A stretch of 64,000 nucleotides of DNA from Octopus vulgaris (Eukaryota). The stretch spans positions 682,001 to 746,000 of the forward strand of contig OX597821.1 of NCBI GenBank assembly GCA_951406725.2, in the 5' to 3' direction. The number at the start of each line of letters is the position of its first letter. Within the stretch, counting starts at the first letter, position 1. The notes under the pieces were generated by a model. It made no database searches and was not told the origin of the DNA. It was given only the letters and a program-made list of their open reading frames with translations. Shown here one piece after another: positions 53,005 through 64,000 of this stretch. The position numbers and the translations under genes are program-made.

Positions 53005-53064
53005 GAGTTTGACGAGTTGACTCTTCTGCTAATCGCTTTATAGGTGTGAAACCAACGGTCGCTC
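53005..53064 (+). ncRNA. Type I hammerhead motif (C3 to U, weak stem II)
   Basis: GAGU-UUGACGA-GU...GU-GAAAC-CAACG-GUC-GCUC. Confidence 0.5.
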
Positions 53065-53668
53065 TATGACAACCAAAATAACTTTTAACTTCCTAAAAAA
53101 ATATTACTGCTCTAATGCTTCTTTAGAATGGGCTTTTTTTTTGGACATATGAAATACTGATGATGTATATATGTACATATACTCTCATATACATATGCAC
53201 AACCACATACACAGTAATTAAAAGAAGCATCCTGCAGAAGTTTGCTGTCTGCCATAAGGATAAACGAAGAAAGCCGGAAAGCAGAGGGTTGGGCCATAAT
53301 TATGGCTACTGAAAAGAGATGATGACAGTGGTGGTGCTCCAGCATGACCACAGCCTTTGGGCTGAAACATATAGAGACATAAATGAATCTATTCTTGTCT
53401 TATGTTATGGCCTTCCGAGTAGCCACATGTCTATATCTGTGCTGCAGTGAAACACAATTCTTGTTGTTTTCTTTATTGGATGCAAATTCTGAACTTGCTG
53501 GCTTTGTTTTTCTTTCACTTCATCCTTTAAGATGAATTTGGATTACTCACCCTTCTATATCTCATCTGGTCTTGGCTCTCAGACCAACTGTTTCAGTGGA
53601 TCGGACCTAAAACACACCCTCATTTTGAATCCGTGTTTGCTGCTAGCTGACAAGCTATTATGGATGCA

Positions 53669-53775
<107 letters not shown>

Positions 53776-54113
53776 TGTGCACTTCAGGGGAGAGAATAAC
53801 TTTTTTTGTCAGTTTTCTTCTTCAGTGGAAAGAAAGGAAAGAGAACATCCATGTTTTGTTATAAGATCCTTTATTATTGCCAGAATATCTGCATTTGGTC
53901 CCATTTGGGCTTTATTAATCCTCATAAGTGCTTATTAATTCAAGATATTAGTTTTTTTTTTCTCTTTTCCCTTGTTTTCTTTATCTTATATTGTTAAACT
54001 AGTCCATCAGAAGTCATTTAAGAGTTGAAATTAGTCTTTTTCGTTTCAAAGATATATATATATGTGGAAAAAAAAGTCAAGATAGAAAATGCTAAAATAA
54101 TTTTATAAAAACC

Positions 54114-54158
54114 ATTTCAGTACCGGTTTCAGTCATTGAGACTTTTTCAACTGTAAAT
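54114..54158 (-). ncRNA. Minimal type I hammerhead, U3-A8 core variant
   Basis: AUUU(A)CAG-UUGAAAA-AGUC-UCAAU-GACU-GAAA-CCG-GUA-CUGAAAU: 7-bp stem I with one bulge, 4-bp stem II, palindromic ACCGGU. Confidence 0.7.
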
Positions 54159-54721
54159 ATGGAAAACAATTAAATTTTGGAAAAATTAAAAGAAAAGTTT
54201 TTTTAAAAGAATATTTGCATAGGGTTCAAATACAAGAGGGATTTTCCTTGTTTCTGCCTGTCTCTGTCTCTCTTGTTTACTCTTGTTGTGAATTCTTGGT
54301 AGGGAAGAAGAAGAAGAAGAAGAAGAAGAAGAAGAAGAATGTGGGAGTGCCATGACAGTAGTATGTTGAATGGTCAACTGCTGTGGATGATAGAAGTAAT
54401 TGTTGAATTCCTGAAACATCTCTTTTGAATGTTTTGTTTATAAAATTTGCATAGGTGTTATTCTAAATAGCAATAGTGGTGAAGAAGGAGGAGGAAGAAG
54501 ACAAAGAAGAAGAGAAGGGAGAAAAAGAAGGAATGTACATAGTATGAAAGTAGTAAGGTGTTAAATGGTCATGTGACTTAAAATTGGCTCGTTATGGATT
54601 ATAGCAGTGATTGGGACTGTTTTTTAATGAATTCTTGGGGATCGCTTGAGCGTATCATTTTTTAATATTTGCGTATGTATTTGGGTTATTTGAAGGCTGT
54701 GGTGGATATGTCATTTGAGGG

Positions 54722-54920
54722 GCTGAAAGTTCCTGGCTTTAAGGGTATTACGAAAGGCTTGGTTGGAAGCCCAGCCTTCCAAGTTCTTTCACAGGGCTTA
54801 GGAAAACTGAAGGACCACTGCCAAAAGGGGGTCGATCTCAGAATGGAATATGTTGAGTAAAATTATAATTAACTGAACCACCTTTATCTTCTTTTACCCA
54901 AATCCAGGAACTTTTCTGAT
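54722..54920 (+). mobile_element. Second, diverged copy of the 46180-46375 element with short inverted ends
   Basis: gaaagttcctgg...ccaggaacttttc with a colinear interior (cagggct.ag.aaaactga.ggaccactgc). Confidence 0.75.
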
Positions 54921-54944
54921 TCCCTTCATATATATATGCAAAAG

Positions 54945-55650
54945 CACCTGTGTGGTACCACATAAAATCACCTGTACGAATCTGTATGATTTGTTGGTGT
55001 CAGGAAGAGCATCCAGCAGCCATAGAAACCATACCAAATCAGACTGGAGTCTGGTGTAGCTCTCCAGCTCTGGTCAAATCTTCACCCCACGCTAGTGATG
55101 GACAATGGATATTAAATGATGATGATGTTATATATACAGCTGAAATGCACAAGTATAGTTGTCCGTATATATATTTCACCTTCTTGTATTCCAAGGGTCT
55201 GTCCTAGTATAACTTCACCATTCTCTCTCTCTCTCTCTCCCCTCAACTGGGGTAACCATGTACTTCCTCTTTTGCAAGAGCACCCTTGGAGGAACTGTGT
55301 GGGCCAAAACGACCGGGAGGTAGATGCGTTACCGCAATGTAAATGGCGATGCCTGACGACGCCTGCCTCGTGGCTCCTGCACCAACAAAGCCACTACTTC
55401 TTTTAATACCACTCCCCCTCTCAATTCAGGGATGGTGGTCTTTGTCATGCAAGATGCTTGATGACCATGCTGGAGCCTGTCCTACATAAAAAGCACACTG
55501 TGCCCTGTGTAAAGTGGTTGGCATCAGGTTGTAGAAACCATGCCAAAGCTGAGAATAGAAATTGGTGTAATCTTTGGCTTTGCCACCTCCTGTCAAACTG
55601 TACAACCCATGCCAGCATGGAAAACGGACGTTAAATGATGATGATGATGA
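54945..55650 (+). mobile_element. Two diverged family A copies (~54945-55128, ~55450-55650)
   Basis: Cores and (GAT)n tails. Confidence 0.65.
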
Positions 55651-56095
55651 TATATATATATTTTAGGTCTGTGTCAGGTCATGTTAATCATTGCAAGCTG
55701 AACTTGCTGTAGGTTCAATTGTTCAATTGTCGAGTGAGTTCTTCAGTAAATGGGTTTTTTTCATATATTTGTGTGTATGTATGTATGTATGTATGTATGT
55801 ATGTATGTATGTATGTATAGTTATCTCTTTGCTCCTTGCCACACATTGTGTGTTTTTCTGTGAGTATTATTATCATCACATTTATATCCTTTTTCCAATA
55901 TGTGTATATGGGTGTGTATGTGTGTATTGTATGTGTTCATTGTATGTGTTTGTAAATTCTGTGTGTGTATGTTGTGTGTGTGTGTGTAATTGTTTTAAAA
56001 GATTCTTTCAAGCAAAACTTCAATTTAAAGTTATCTCTTTCAGAAAGCAATTAAATAATTGATAGTTGTTCTGGCGGCAGAGGTGGTGGTGGTGG

Positions 56096-56126
<31 letters not shown>

Positions 56127-56314
56127 GTGTCCAACATAATGACAATCTTGGCTTTGGCATCAGTAGCAGTCATATTATGTCTTAATAGTGACAATATTGT
56201 TGTAGTTGGTAGTAGTGGTGGTGGTGGCGTTAGTTATGGTAGCATTAGTAGTGCTACCATCAGTAGTGGCATTATTATTAATAGTAGTAGTGGTGGTGGT
56301 AGTAATATTGGCAA

Positions 56315-56412
56315 TAGTAGGGATAATATTGGTGGTAGTAGGGATAGTACTGGCGGTAGTAGGGATTGTATTGGTGGGAGTAGGGATAGTATTGGTGGGA
56401 GTAGGGATAGTG
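56315..56412. repeat. 21-bp minisatellite, ~4.5 copies
   Basis: agtagggatagtattggtggt-like unit. Confidence 0.85.
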
Positions 56413-56997
56413 GTAGTGGTAATTTGAAGTGGTAATGTTAATATTTGTGTTAGTAGAGGTAGCAGTGCTGGTGGTGATGGTGATAGTTTACTAGTGACAA
56501 TAGTGTTGGTCTTGACAGCACTGTTGTTGTTGGTAGGGTGGCGGTGGTGGTGGTGGTATTAGTAGTGATAATGATGGTGATGTAATTTATTGCTAAACTG
56601 TGTGTATGTGCGAGTGTGTGTGTGTGTGTGTGTGTGTGTCTATAGATGTGTACGCAGATGCGTAAGTGTGATGAAGAACATAAAACAGCGTTCAGTTATT
56701 GGCAAGTCAATTTTATTGACTTATTTTATTTTACTCAAACCCCACCCGTTTCCTCCCTGCCATCTATTGCACCCTCCATCTACTCTCCCCCCCCCCCCCC
56801 TGTTTCTTCTCACCATTCACGCCACCTTCCTCTCTGCCACCATCATTTATTGTTGTGCAGACTTCCCACTTACAGATGGTCAAGTTGAACGCTGGACATA
56901 AATTTTTACTCAGCACAATTAAAACAAATTTCTAAAGAGGTGAAGTGGCCAAGTTGTTAGAGTTGTCAGGCTGGAGTGTTGGCATCAGAAGGGTTAA

Positions 56998-57336
56998 CCC
57001 TTTTGATACCAACCTGCCTGAGACCACCCTGGGTTCTATGACGTAAACGTACTGTTTAAAAGTGGTCTAAATTATAGTCTTCCACGAAGATTTTATGCTA
57101 ATTTGTTGCAGACCTCGAGAAAGTTATTTTGCTAAATTCCTCATTATACTCTTTTACTTGTTTCAGTCATTTGACTGTGGCCATGCTGCAGCACTGCCAT
57201 TAGTCGAGCAAATCGACCTCAGGACTTATTCTTTTTAAGCCTAGTACTTATTCTTTCGGTCTTTTTTGCCAAACCTTTAAGTTACGGGGATGTAAACACA
57301 CCAACATCGGTTGTTAAGCGATGTTGGGGGGGACAA

Positions 57337-57371
<35 letters not shown>

Positions 57372-57793
57372 CAATGGGCTTCTTTCAGTTTCCGTCTACC
57401 AAATCCACTCACAAGGCTTTGGTTAGCCCAAGGCTATAGTAGAAGATACTTTGCCCAAGGTGCCATGCAGTGGGAGTGAATCCGGAACCATTTGGTTGGT
57501 AAGCAAGCTACTTACCACACAGCCACTCCTATGCCTAGATGAAGACAGGTGGTGTAGACAACAAACAACAGGCTTCTTTCAGTTACTGTCTACTAAGCCC
57601 AATCACAAGGATTTGGTTGGCCCGAGGCTATAGTAGAAGACACTTGCCTAAGGTGCTGCACAATGAGACTGAACCTGGTACCATGTGATCTGTAAGCTAG
57701 CTACTTACCACACAGATATTCCTGCGCCTATTATCTTAAAAATTGATTGAAACAAAGGCAGCATATATGGACAAGAATATGGTAACAAAAGGG
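56998..57793. mobile_element. piggyBac-type MITE with TTAA TSD, interrupted by SINE family B copies
   Basis: TTAA-CCCTTTTGATACCA...TGGTAACAAAAGGG-TTAA (13/14 TIR match); SINE B at ~57147-57536 and a partial copy at ~57571-57729, both on the minus strand. Confidence 0.8.
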
Positions 57794-57799
57794 TTAAAA

Positions 57800-58215
57800 G
57801 CATTTGTAATGGGTCTCCACACTCAGAGTTCAAACCTCACTGAGGTCAGCTTTGCCTTGTATCATTCCAAGGGTCAATAAAATAAACCAGCAGTAAATTT
57901 CTGGGGGTTGCTGTGTTGCTGCAATTTTGTGTTCTCCCCTTAATTGATGGCCTTGTACCAAAATGTGAAGTAATTAGTGTGGCAAACTGACAGAATCATA
58001 ACTGAGCCAGAGAAGATCCTTAGGGAATCCTTAGGGAATTCTAAGGGACATTTCTCTTGGCTCTTTACATTGTGAGTTCAAATGGTACAGAGGTCAGGTT
58101 TGCCTTCCGTTCTTTAAGGGTCACTTGAAGTACCAGTCATTTGTTGGGGTTGATGTAATCAACTTCACCCCTCTCTCACAAAACTCCTAACCCTGTACCT
58201 AGATTAGAAAGTATA
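57800..58215 (+). mobile_element. Two diverged SINE family C copies
   Basis: gagttcaaa...gaggtcag.tttgcctt present twice. Confidence 0.6.
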
Positions 58216-59212
58216 ATTATTATTATTGTCTGACAAACCTCATGGGAAGTTTTGTACAATATCTATTTTGAAAAGTAGCAGCTAAATCTCCCTCAAACTG
58301 CAACTATCCTTCTAGAGTGGAAATGTAAAAGGAAAAAGAAAAATGTTGTGCTAAGTTCTCTCTTTCTCTCTTCTTAGAATAACGAAAGAGAGAAAGAGAG
58401 AGAGAGAGAGAAAGAGAGTAAGAGCAAGAGAGAGAGGGGTGCAATGGTGATAATGTTGGCAGTGCAGTTGATTGACGTCAAAATCTGTTTCATTTTCCTC
58501 CTTCAGTCACAAATCTCTTTTTCTCTCTGGCTTAGGAGTAGAGTGAGAGAAAGAGGGAGAGAGAGAGGGAGAGAGAGAGAGAGGAAGTATGTCTGACTTT
58601 GGTTAGTGGAGAGAGAGTGCAACTACAAGTGATCACTGTATCTAAGACAACAGAAATCTGCAAGACCTTCTTAAGATTCGAAGGATGATGAATGAAGTAA
58701 GATGCTTTTCTTCACAACCTTGCTACCAAACAGGTGGTTGGTCAAAATTAATACTAATTTAAAAAACGAAAAAGAAAACACACGCGCCCCTGCCCACACC
58801 ATCACCATCTTTTAACCCCTACCCACATCATCATTGTCCAGTTGGGCAGTGTGGCCAGAGTTAGTAAGCTGAGGAGCTGCACCAGACTCCAGTCTGATTT
58901 CACATGGTTTCTATAGCTGGATGCCCTTCAGTACATACATATGTACATACATGTGTACATACATGTGTACATATGTATATATTTGTATATATATTATAAT
59001 GTTTGGAGGTGATGTACAGGTATTACATATTAGAAGAAATAAGCTACTCAGAAATCTGGATGGTTTTATATTTACAGATATTTATTAATATGTCCCATGT
59101 TTTTATAAATCATATATTAATGTTTGCATCTACTCTAGTAGACTCTCCAGATTTTGTATATATGTATATATACATTTGTAGATATATATGTGTGTGTGTG
59201 TGTGTGCATGTA

Positions 59213-59578
59213 TTATTTTATTTGTTTCAGTCATTTGACTGCGGCCATGCTGGAGCACCACCTTTAGTCGAGTAAATCAACCCCAGGATTTATTCTTTGT
59301 AAGCCTATTACTTATTCTATTGCTCTCTCTTGCTGAACTGCTAAGTGACAGGAATGTAAACACACTGGCATTGGTTGTTAAGCGATGTTGGGGGGACAAA
59401 CACAGACACACAAACATATACACACACATACATATATGACGGGCTTCTTCCAGCTTCCGTCTACCAAATCCACTCACAAGGCTTTGGTCGGCTTGGCCAA
59501 AGTGCCACGCAGTGGGACTGAACCCGGAGCCATGTGGCTTGTAAGCAAGCTACTTACCACACAGCCATTCCTATGCCT
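59213..59578 (-). mobile_element. SINE family B
   Basis: Head to tail with a small internal deletion. Confidence 0.85.
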
Positions 59579-59718
59579 ATTTGTATATATGTATATATTT
59601 GTGTGTATATAGCCATGATATGAGATGGTTTGATGGTTTGAGTATTTTAAAATACTAGCACAGCCTATAACCCACTTGGTGTGACCAGAATATATTTCCT
59701 CTTCTTCTTCTTCTTCTT

Positions 59719-59754
<36 letters not shown>

Positions 59755-61166
59755 TGGCAGTGGTTTAAACATTAAATAAAAATGGTTTATTGCAGCATTC
59801 TGTTGTATTAAGTAAATGCAGACTTTTTTTTTTTTCCATCCTTACTTAAATCATTCAGTGTTGAGAAAAATATCCACAGCAAATTTAAACAACATCTCAA
59901 CATCCATTAATATAATATCAGTTTCCAAATTTCTAAAGATGTATATTTAGATGGATGCCAAGAGTCACATTTCCATCCATCTGTATCATCCATCAATGAT
60001 AAATGCAAAACCAAAACAGAAGGAAAGAAGACACACTTCATTGCAAGCAATTTTGTGAGTGGCTTTCTAAGAATCAGCCCAGTGATTTAATTCTGTTCAA
60101 AATGTTGCCATCTGGACTTCACCACCAAAAAATAATCTCTATTCCACTCCAATTAATCCATTGTCAATTTTAATTAACATTCAAAACTTTTGCATGAATT
60201 CATGCCAGCCCATATAATAAAAATAAATTTTATCAGTTAATTAGTAAACTGTTAAAAAAAGATTATGTAGAGGTAGAGACAAAAAATAACTGTCTGTACC
60301 TCTCAGCAGATATTTATGTAATCTTTGCAATTTTATGCTGAACATAGACAGGAATATGGTTACTTCAATGTTATCCTGCTTTTGCTCATCCTCAGGTTCT
60401 AATCTTGTGTGTCCGTATGCAAATACCTCAAGTACACTCACGCTTGACAATTTTTAAAAAATATAAACCAATATAGATATTATTAGGTGTGTATGGATGC
60501 GTATATGTAATAATATATCTAACATCATATGTGAACATGTATATTCATACGGGCATACAATTTTATAGAAAGAGACAAACATACACATATGTTACGCATC
60601 CGCTTCCAAGAAAGTTTTATCTTAATAATTCTGATGCTCACTCTATATGATCTTTTTACTCTTTCGTTTCTCTCGCTTATTCTTTTACCTCCTCTTCTCC
60701 CATTATTCTATCCTATTACTCTCTCACTCTCACTCCTCCTCCATTGCTCACGTGGCTCCCACGTGACCATCGGTCTTCTTTCTTTCTTTCTCTACGTTTA
60801 GGCTTAGCAGCCCTTTCTGTTTGTTTTCACTGTCCTGTTTGTGTTACCTATTTTGACCCTCTGCAAAATCCAAAATTTTATTTAATTTGCTTTACAGGAA
60901 CAACTGCTTTATCAAAAGTGTATATTGTCGTTAAATGCTCAAAATGCGAGACTAGAAAAACAGCCAACAACTGATGAAGGGTCGTTCTTTATGCAGTTTG
61001 TTTTGTTTTCCATTTGTGTCTTTTTTTGTTCGAAAGAATAGTTCATGTTCTCATACTTCGTACTTTTTTCTTGTACTAGTTTCATGACATCCTGTGCCCA
61101 CATATACATACATACATAGATATATATGTATAGATGTATGTACATATGACAGGTGTATTAGTTTAA

Positions 61167-61199
<33 letters not shown>

Positions 61200-61204
<5 letters not shown>

Positions 61205-61316
61205 AAATCAGACTGGAGCCTAGTGCAGCTCCCTGGCTTACCAGCTCTGGCCAAATCGGCCAATCCATGCCAGCATGGACATTGGATATTAAATGATGAC
61301 GACAATGATAATGATC
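61200..61316 (+). mobile_element. SINE-like family A 3' fragment
   Basis: tgccaaatcagactggagcc...ccatgccagcatggaca...(gat)n. Confidence 0.75.
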
Positions 61317-61574
61317 ATATATATATGTATGTAGGTTTGGGGATATAAATAGGGAAACAGAACTCGAAACATGAGGGGGTGTGTCTGTGTGCATATATGC
61401 AACACACACACAATCATTGAACTGACTGGATTCTGTTAAAACATCAAACACATACCTGCATGGAATGTGTGAATTTAATGATGATGATGATGATTAATGA
61501 ACATATATAAAGACACACACACATATATATATACACATATATAGACACATATGTGCGCGCGGGCACACGCAAGT

Positions 61575-61626
61575 CTGATGATTCGTATATAAATCTAAAT
61601 GTTTTATATGTGTGAAACCAATGGTC
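61575..61626 (+). ncRNA. Hammerhead core with stems II and III but no local stem I
   Basis: CUGAUGA-UU-CGUAUAUAAA...UUUAUAUGUG-U-GAAAC-CAAUG-GUC. Confidence 0.55.
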
Positions 61627-61787
61627 TCCCTCCAGCCAGCCATTACAATCAACTAACTAAAAATATACTGTTGCCCTAATGCCTTTAGAGTCTGGCTCCT
61701 CTATTTGGATATATGAACTACTGTTGATACATACATATATAGTAATTTGTATATGTATATGTGTGTGTATATATATTTGTGTGCCTG

Positions 61788-61820
<33 letters not shown>

Positions 61821-62012
61821 GGAGGTTATGAGAGGTAATGGTGTCAATAAGACCCAAAGATGTCAGGTAATGCTGAGTAAGTGCTATGGACAGACTATAG
61901 TTAAGCTCCAGGTTCGGTGATTATGCGAATAAGACCTTCAGCTGTAAGACCTATTTATAAATGTTCTAAAATCTTCAGAGCCTCGTTTTTTTTATCTCAT
62001 TCTGAAAAAAAA

Positions 62013-62052
<40 letters not shown>

Positions 62053-62075
62053 TATATGTATGTAGAAAAACAAAC

Positions 62076-62112
<37 letters not shown>

Positions 62113-62132
62113 TATATGTATATAGAAAAACA

Positions 62133-62168
<36 letters not shown>

Positions 62169-62783
62169 GATATATACACACACACACACATATATATATA
62201 CAAAAACGAACATATATATCTATATAAACAAATAGATATATAAGCAATTATACATACACACACACACATGCATTTATATATATAAAGCACACATTCATAC
62301 ACGTACACACACACATGCATCTGGGCATAAACACAACTAAATACACAATGCTTCTTGTTTAATTTCCACTGACGAGTTATCGGACCCCAAACAGCTCCAG
62401 ATAGATAATTATATATAATCATTAAACGATTTGTTTTAAAAACTATTGATTCCATATGAAGACATAGAGTCTGAGATGCTGTGGATATGCATTGATGGCA
62501 GGGTGGGAGGTGGAGGGTGGTTTGGGCACCGATCAGACATCTGATCCCAACAGATAATGGCTAATGTTGTCAATAGAGGAACATTAGAGGAAGTAACTCA
62601 GCAGAATCGCTCTCTTTTCTATGCAAGGGAAAATTCCTTCCAATTTCCACAAACCAAATTATCTTTACACCACATGGACTTATTATGGGGATAGATGAAT
62701 GTGGTGTGTATGTACATACATAACATATATATGCAGACACACACACACAAACACATCTATATTCACATACATCTGTGGGTGTA

Positions 62784-62840
<57 letters not shown>

Positions 62841-62879
62841 TCATATCTATATATATTGTCCCAGTTTGTATTTTTATAA

Positions 62880-62924
<45 letters not shown>

Positions 62925-63858
62925 TATGCACACACATGCACCTCTCTCTTCCCTCTGTCTATATATATGTATATGCATATATGCACACACATACACACAC
63001 ATATATACACATGCATACACATCTACATCCATCAATCTATCTATCTATATATACATACACACACACACACATTCTATCTTTATAAATACACACGCATATA
63101 CACACATCTATCTATAAATACATATATATATAGATACATACACATCTATATCTATATATGTGCACACACACATCTATATCTATATATATATATATACACA
63201 TACCTCTTTGCATCTTTATATATACATCTTCATGTCCTTATTTTTATATATATATACACACACACACACATCTTTATATATATGTTTATGTCTTTGTATA
63301 TCTATACATACACATGTATTTGAATTTTAGAAATGAGTGGCATAAGTACACACACACACACACATGTATATACATGTGAATACACACGCATATACAGAGG
63401 AAAATTGAAATCTAGGTTTAGACTTTATAACTGTTACCAAAGATAACCATACATCAAATTTATTTTCTATTATTCTCTAAATTCCATTTTCCCAAATTAG
63501 CATTTCCCTCACACACACACACACACACTGAACCCCTTCTGGTTTTGTCTAATCTCTGTCCCATATAAATTCTGAGATTTCACCTCTTCTCTTAAACAAG
63601 CTGATACTGATAAGAATGAAATATATTTCGAATTTGGATTCAATTAACTTGACTTCTCCTTCCCACCAAGCATACACATGTAGACATAGAAGCACTCATA
63701 CACACACCTACACATAATCATAGCCAAATTGTATACTTAAACACTTCATATCAAATCAGATAAAAAAAAAAAAACTAAGAACAACAACTGAATAAACAAA
63801 AAAATTAGCCAACCAGAATTCCCCTCCCTATAGAGGGAACCTCCTGAACTATTCTTAA

Positions 63859-64000
63859 CCCTTTAATTACCATATTTCTGTTGAAATATACCGCCTGAAT
63901 TTAAATTAATTTTTGAAATTAATGAGGAATTTAGTGAAAATACTTAATCATTATTAACCCTTTAGCATTCAAATTATTCTGCTAAATGCTAAGCTTATTT
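63859..64000. mobile_element. Nested piggyBac-type MITE left ends (63859 and 63958), cut by the window edge
   Basis: TTAA-CCCTTT twice; similar to the ends at 15778-15954 and 57793. Confidence 0.6.

Larger units (their letters stand above)
52901..53103. repeat. Inverted repeat made of two divergent hammerhead-bearing Penelope-like ends
   Basis: Outer ~70 bp are near-perfect reverse complements; inner parts more diverged. Confidence 0.9.

Noticed and set aside
55255-55420. GC/CpG-richer island, possible exon
   Set aside because: No recognisable peptide in any frame and no clear splice signals.
56127-56435. Signal-peptide-like ORF with GGSRDS repeats; also considered as a CRISPR-like array
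   Set aside because: Arises from GGT/AGT microsatellite and a 21-bp minisatellite with no unique spacers; eukaryotic context.
60971-61045. CUGAUGA...CGAAA in a Penelope-like fragment
   Set aside because: Stems I, II and III cannot be paired convincingly.

Overview
AT-rich, microsatellite-saturated eukaryotic non-coding DNA. The SINE families and repeat landscape look like a coleoid cephalopod (Octopus-like); this is an inference. I can support no intact host protein-coding gene, and nearly all ORFs in the track are translations of (TA)n, (CA)n, (TATC)n or (CAC)n repeats. The window holds: (1) four 5'-truncated copies, from two subfamilies, of a Tx1/L1-clade non-LTR retrotransposon, all sitting in (TATC)n/(GATA)n tracts in the same polarity, which points to a GATA-microsatellite-specific retrotransposon; (2) about a dozen minimal type I hammerhead-ribozyme motifs in short Penelope-like (PLE) fragments, some with perfect cores, one a U3-A8 variant, and some in divergent inverted pairs, plus a PLE reverse-transcriptase fragment; (3) five SINE-like families, one sharing a covarying 3' stem-loop with a CR1/L2-type LINE tail in the same window; (4) RTE LINE fragments, a complete non-autonomous Helitron, a Helentron/DINE-1-like element, TTAA piggyBac-type MITEs and a Tigger-like MITE; (5) an old local duplication, several long hairpins and two weak microexon candidates. 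Ribozyme and junction coordinates were read by eye from the sequence; SINE boundaries are approximate.
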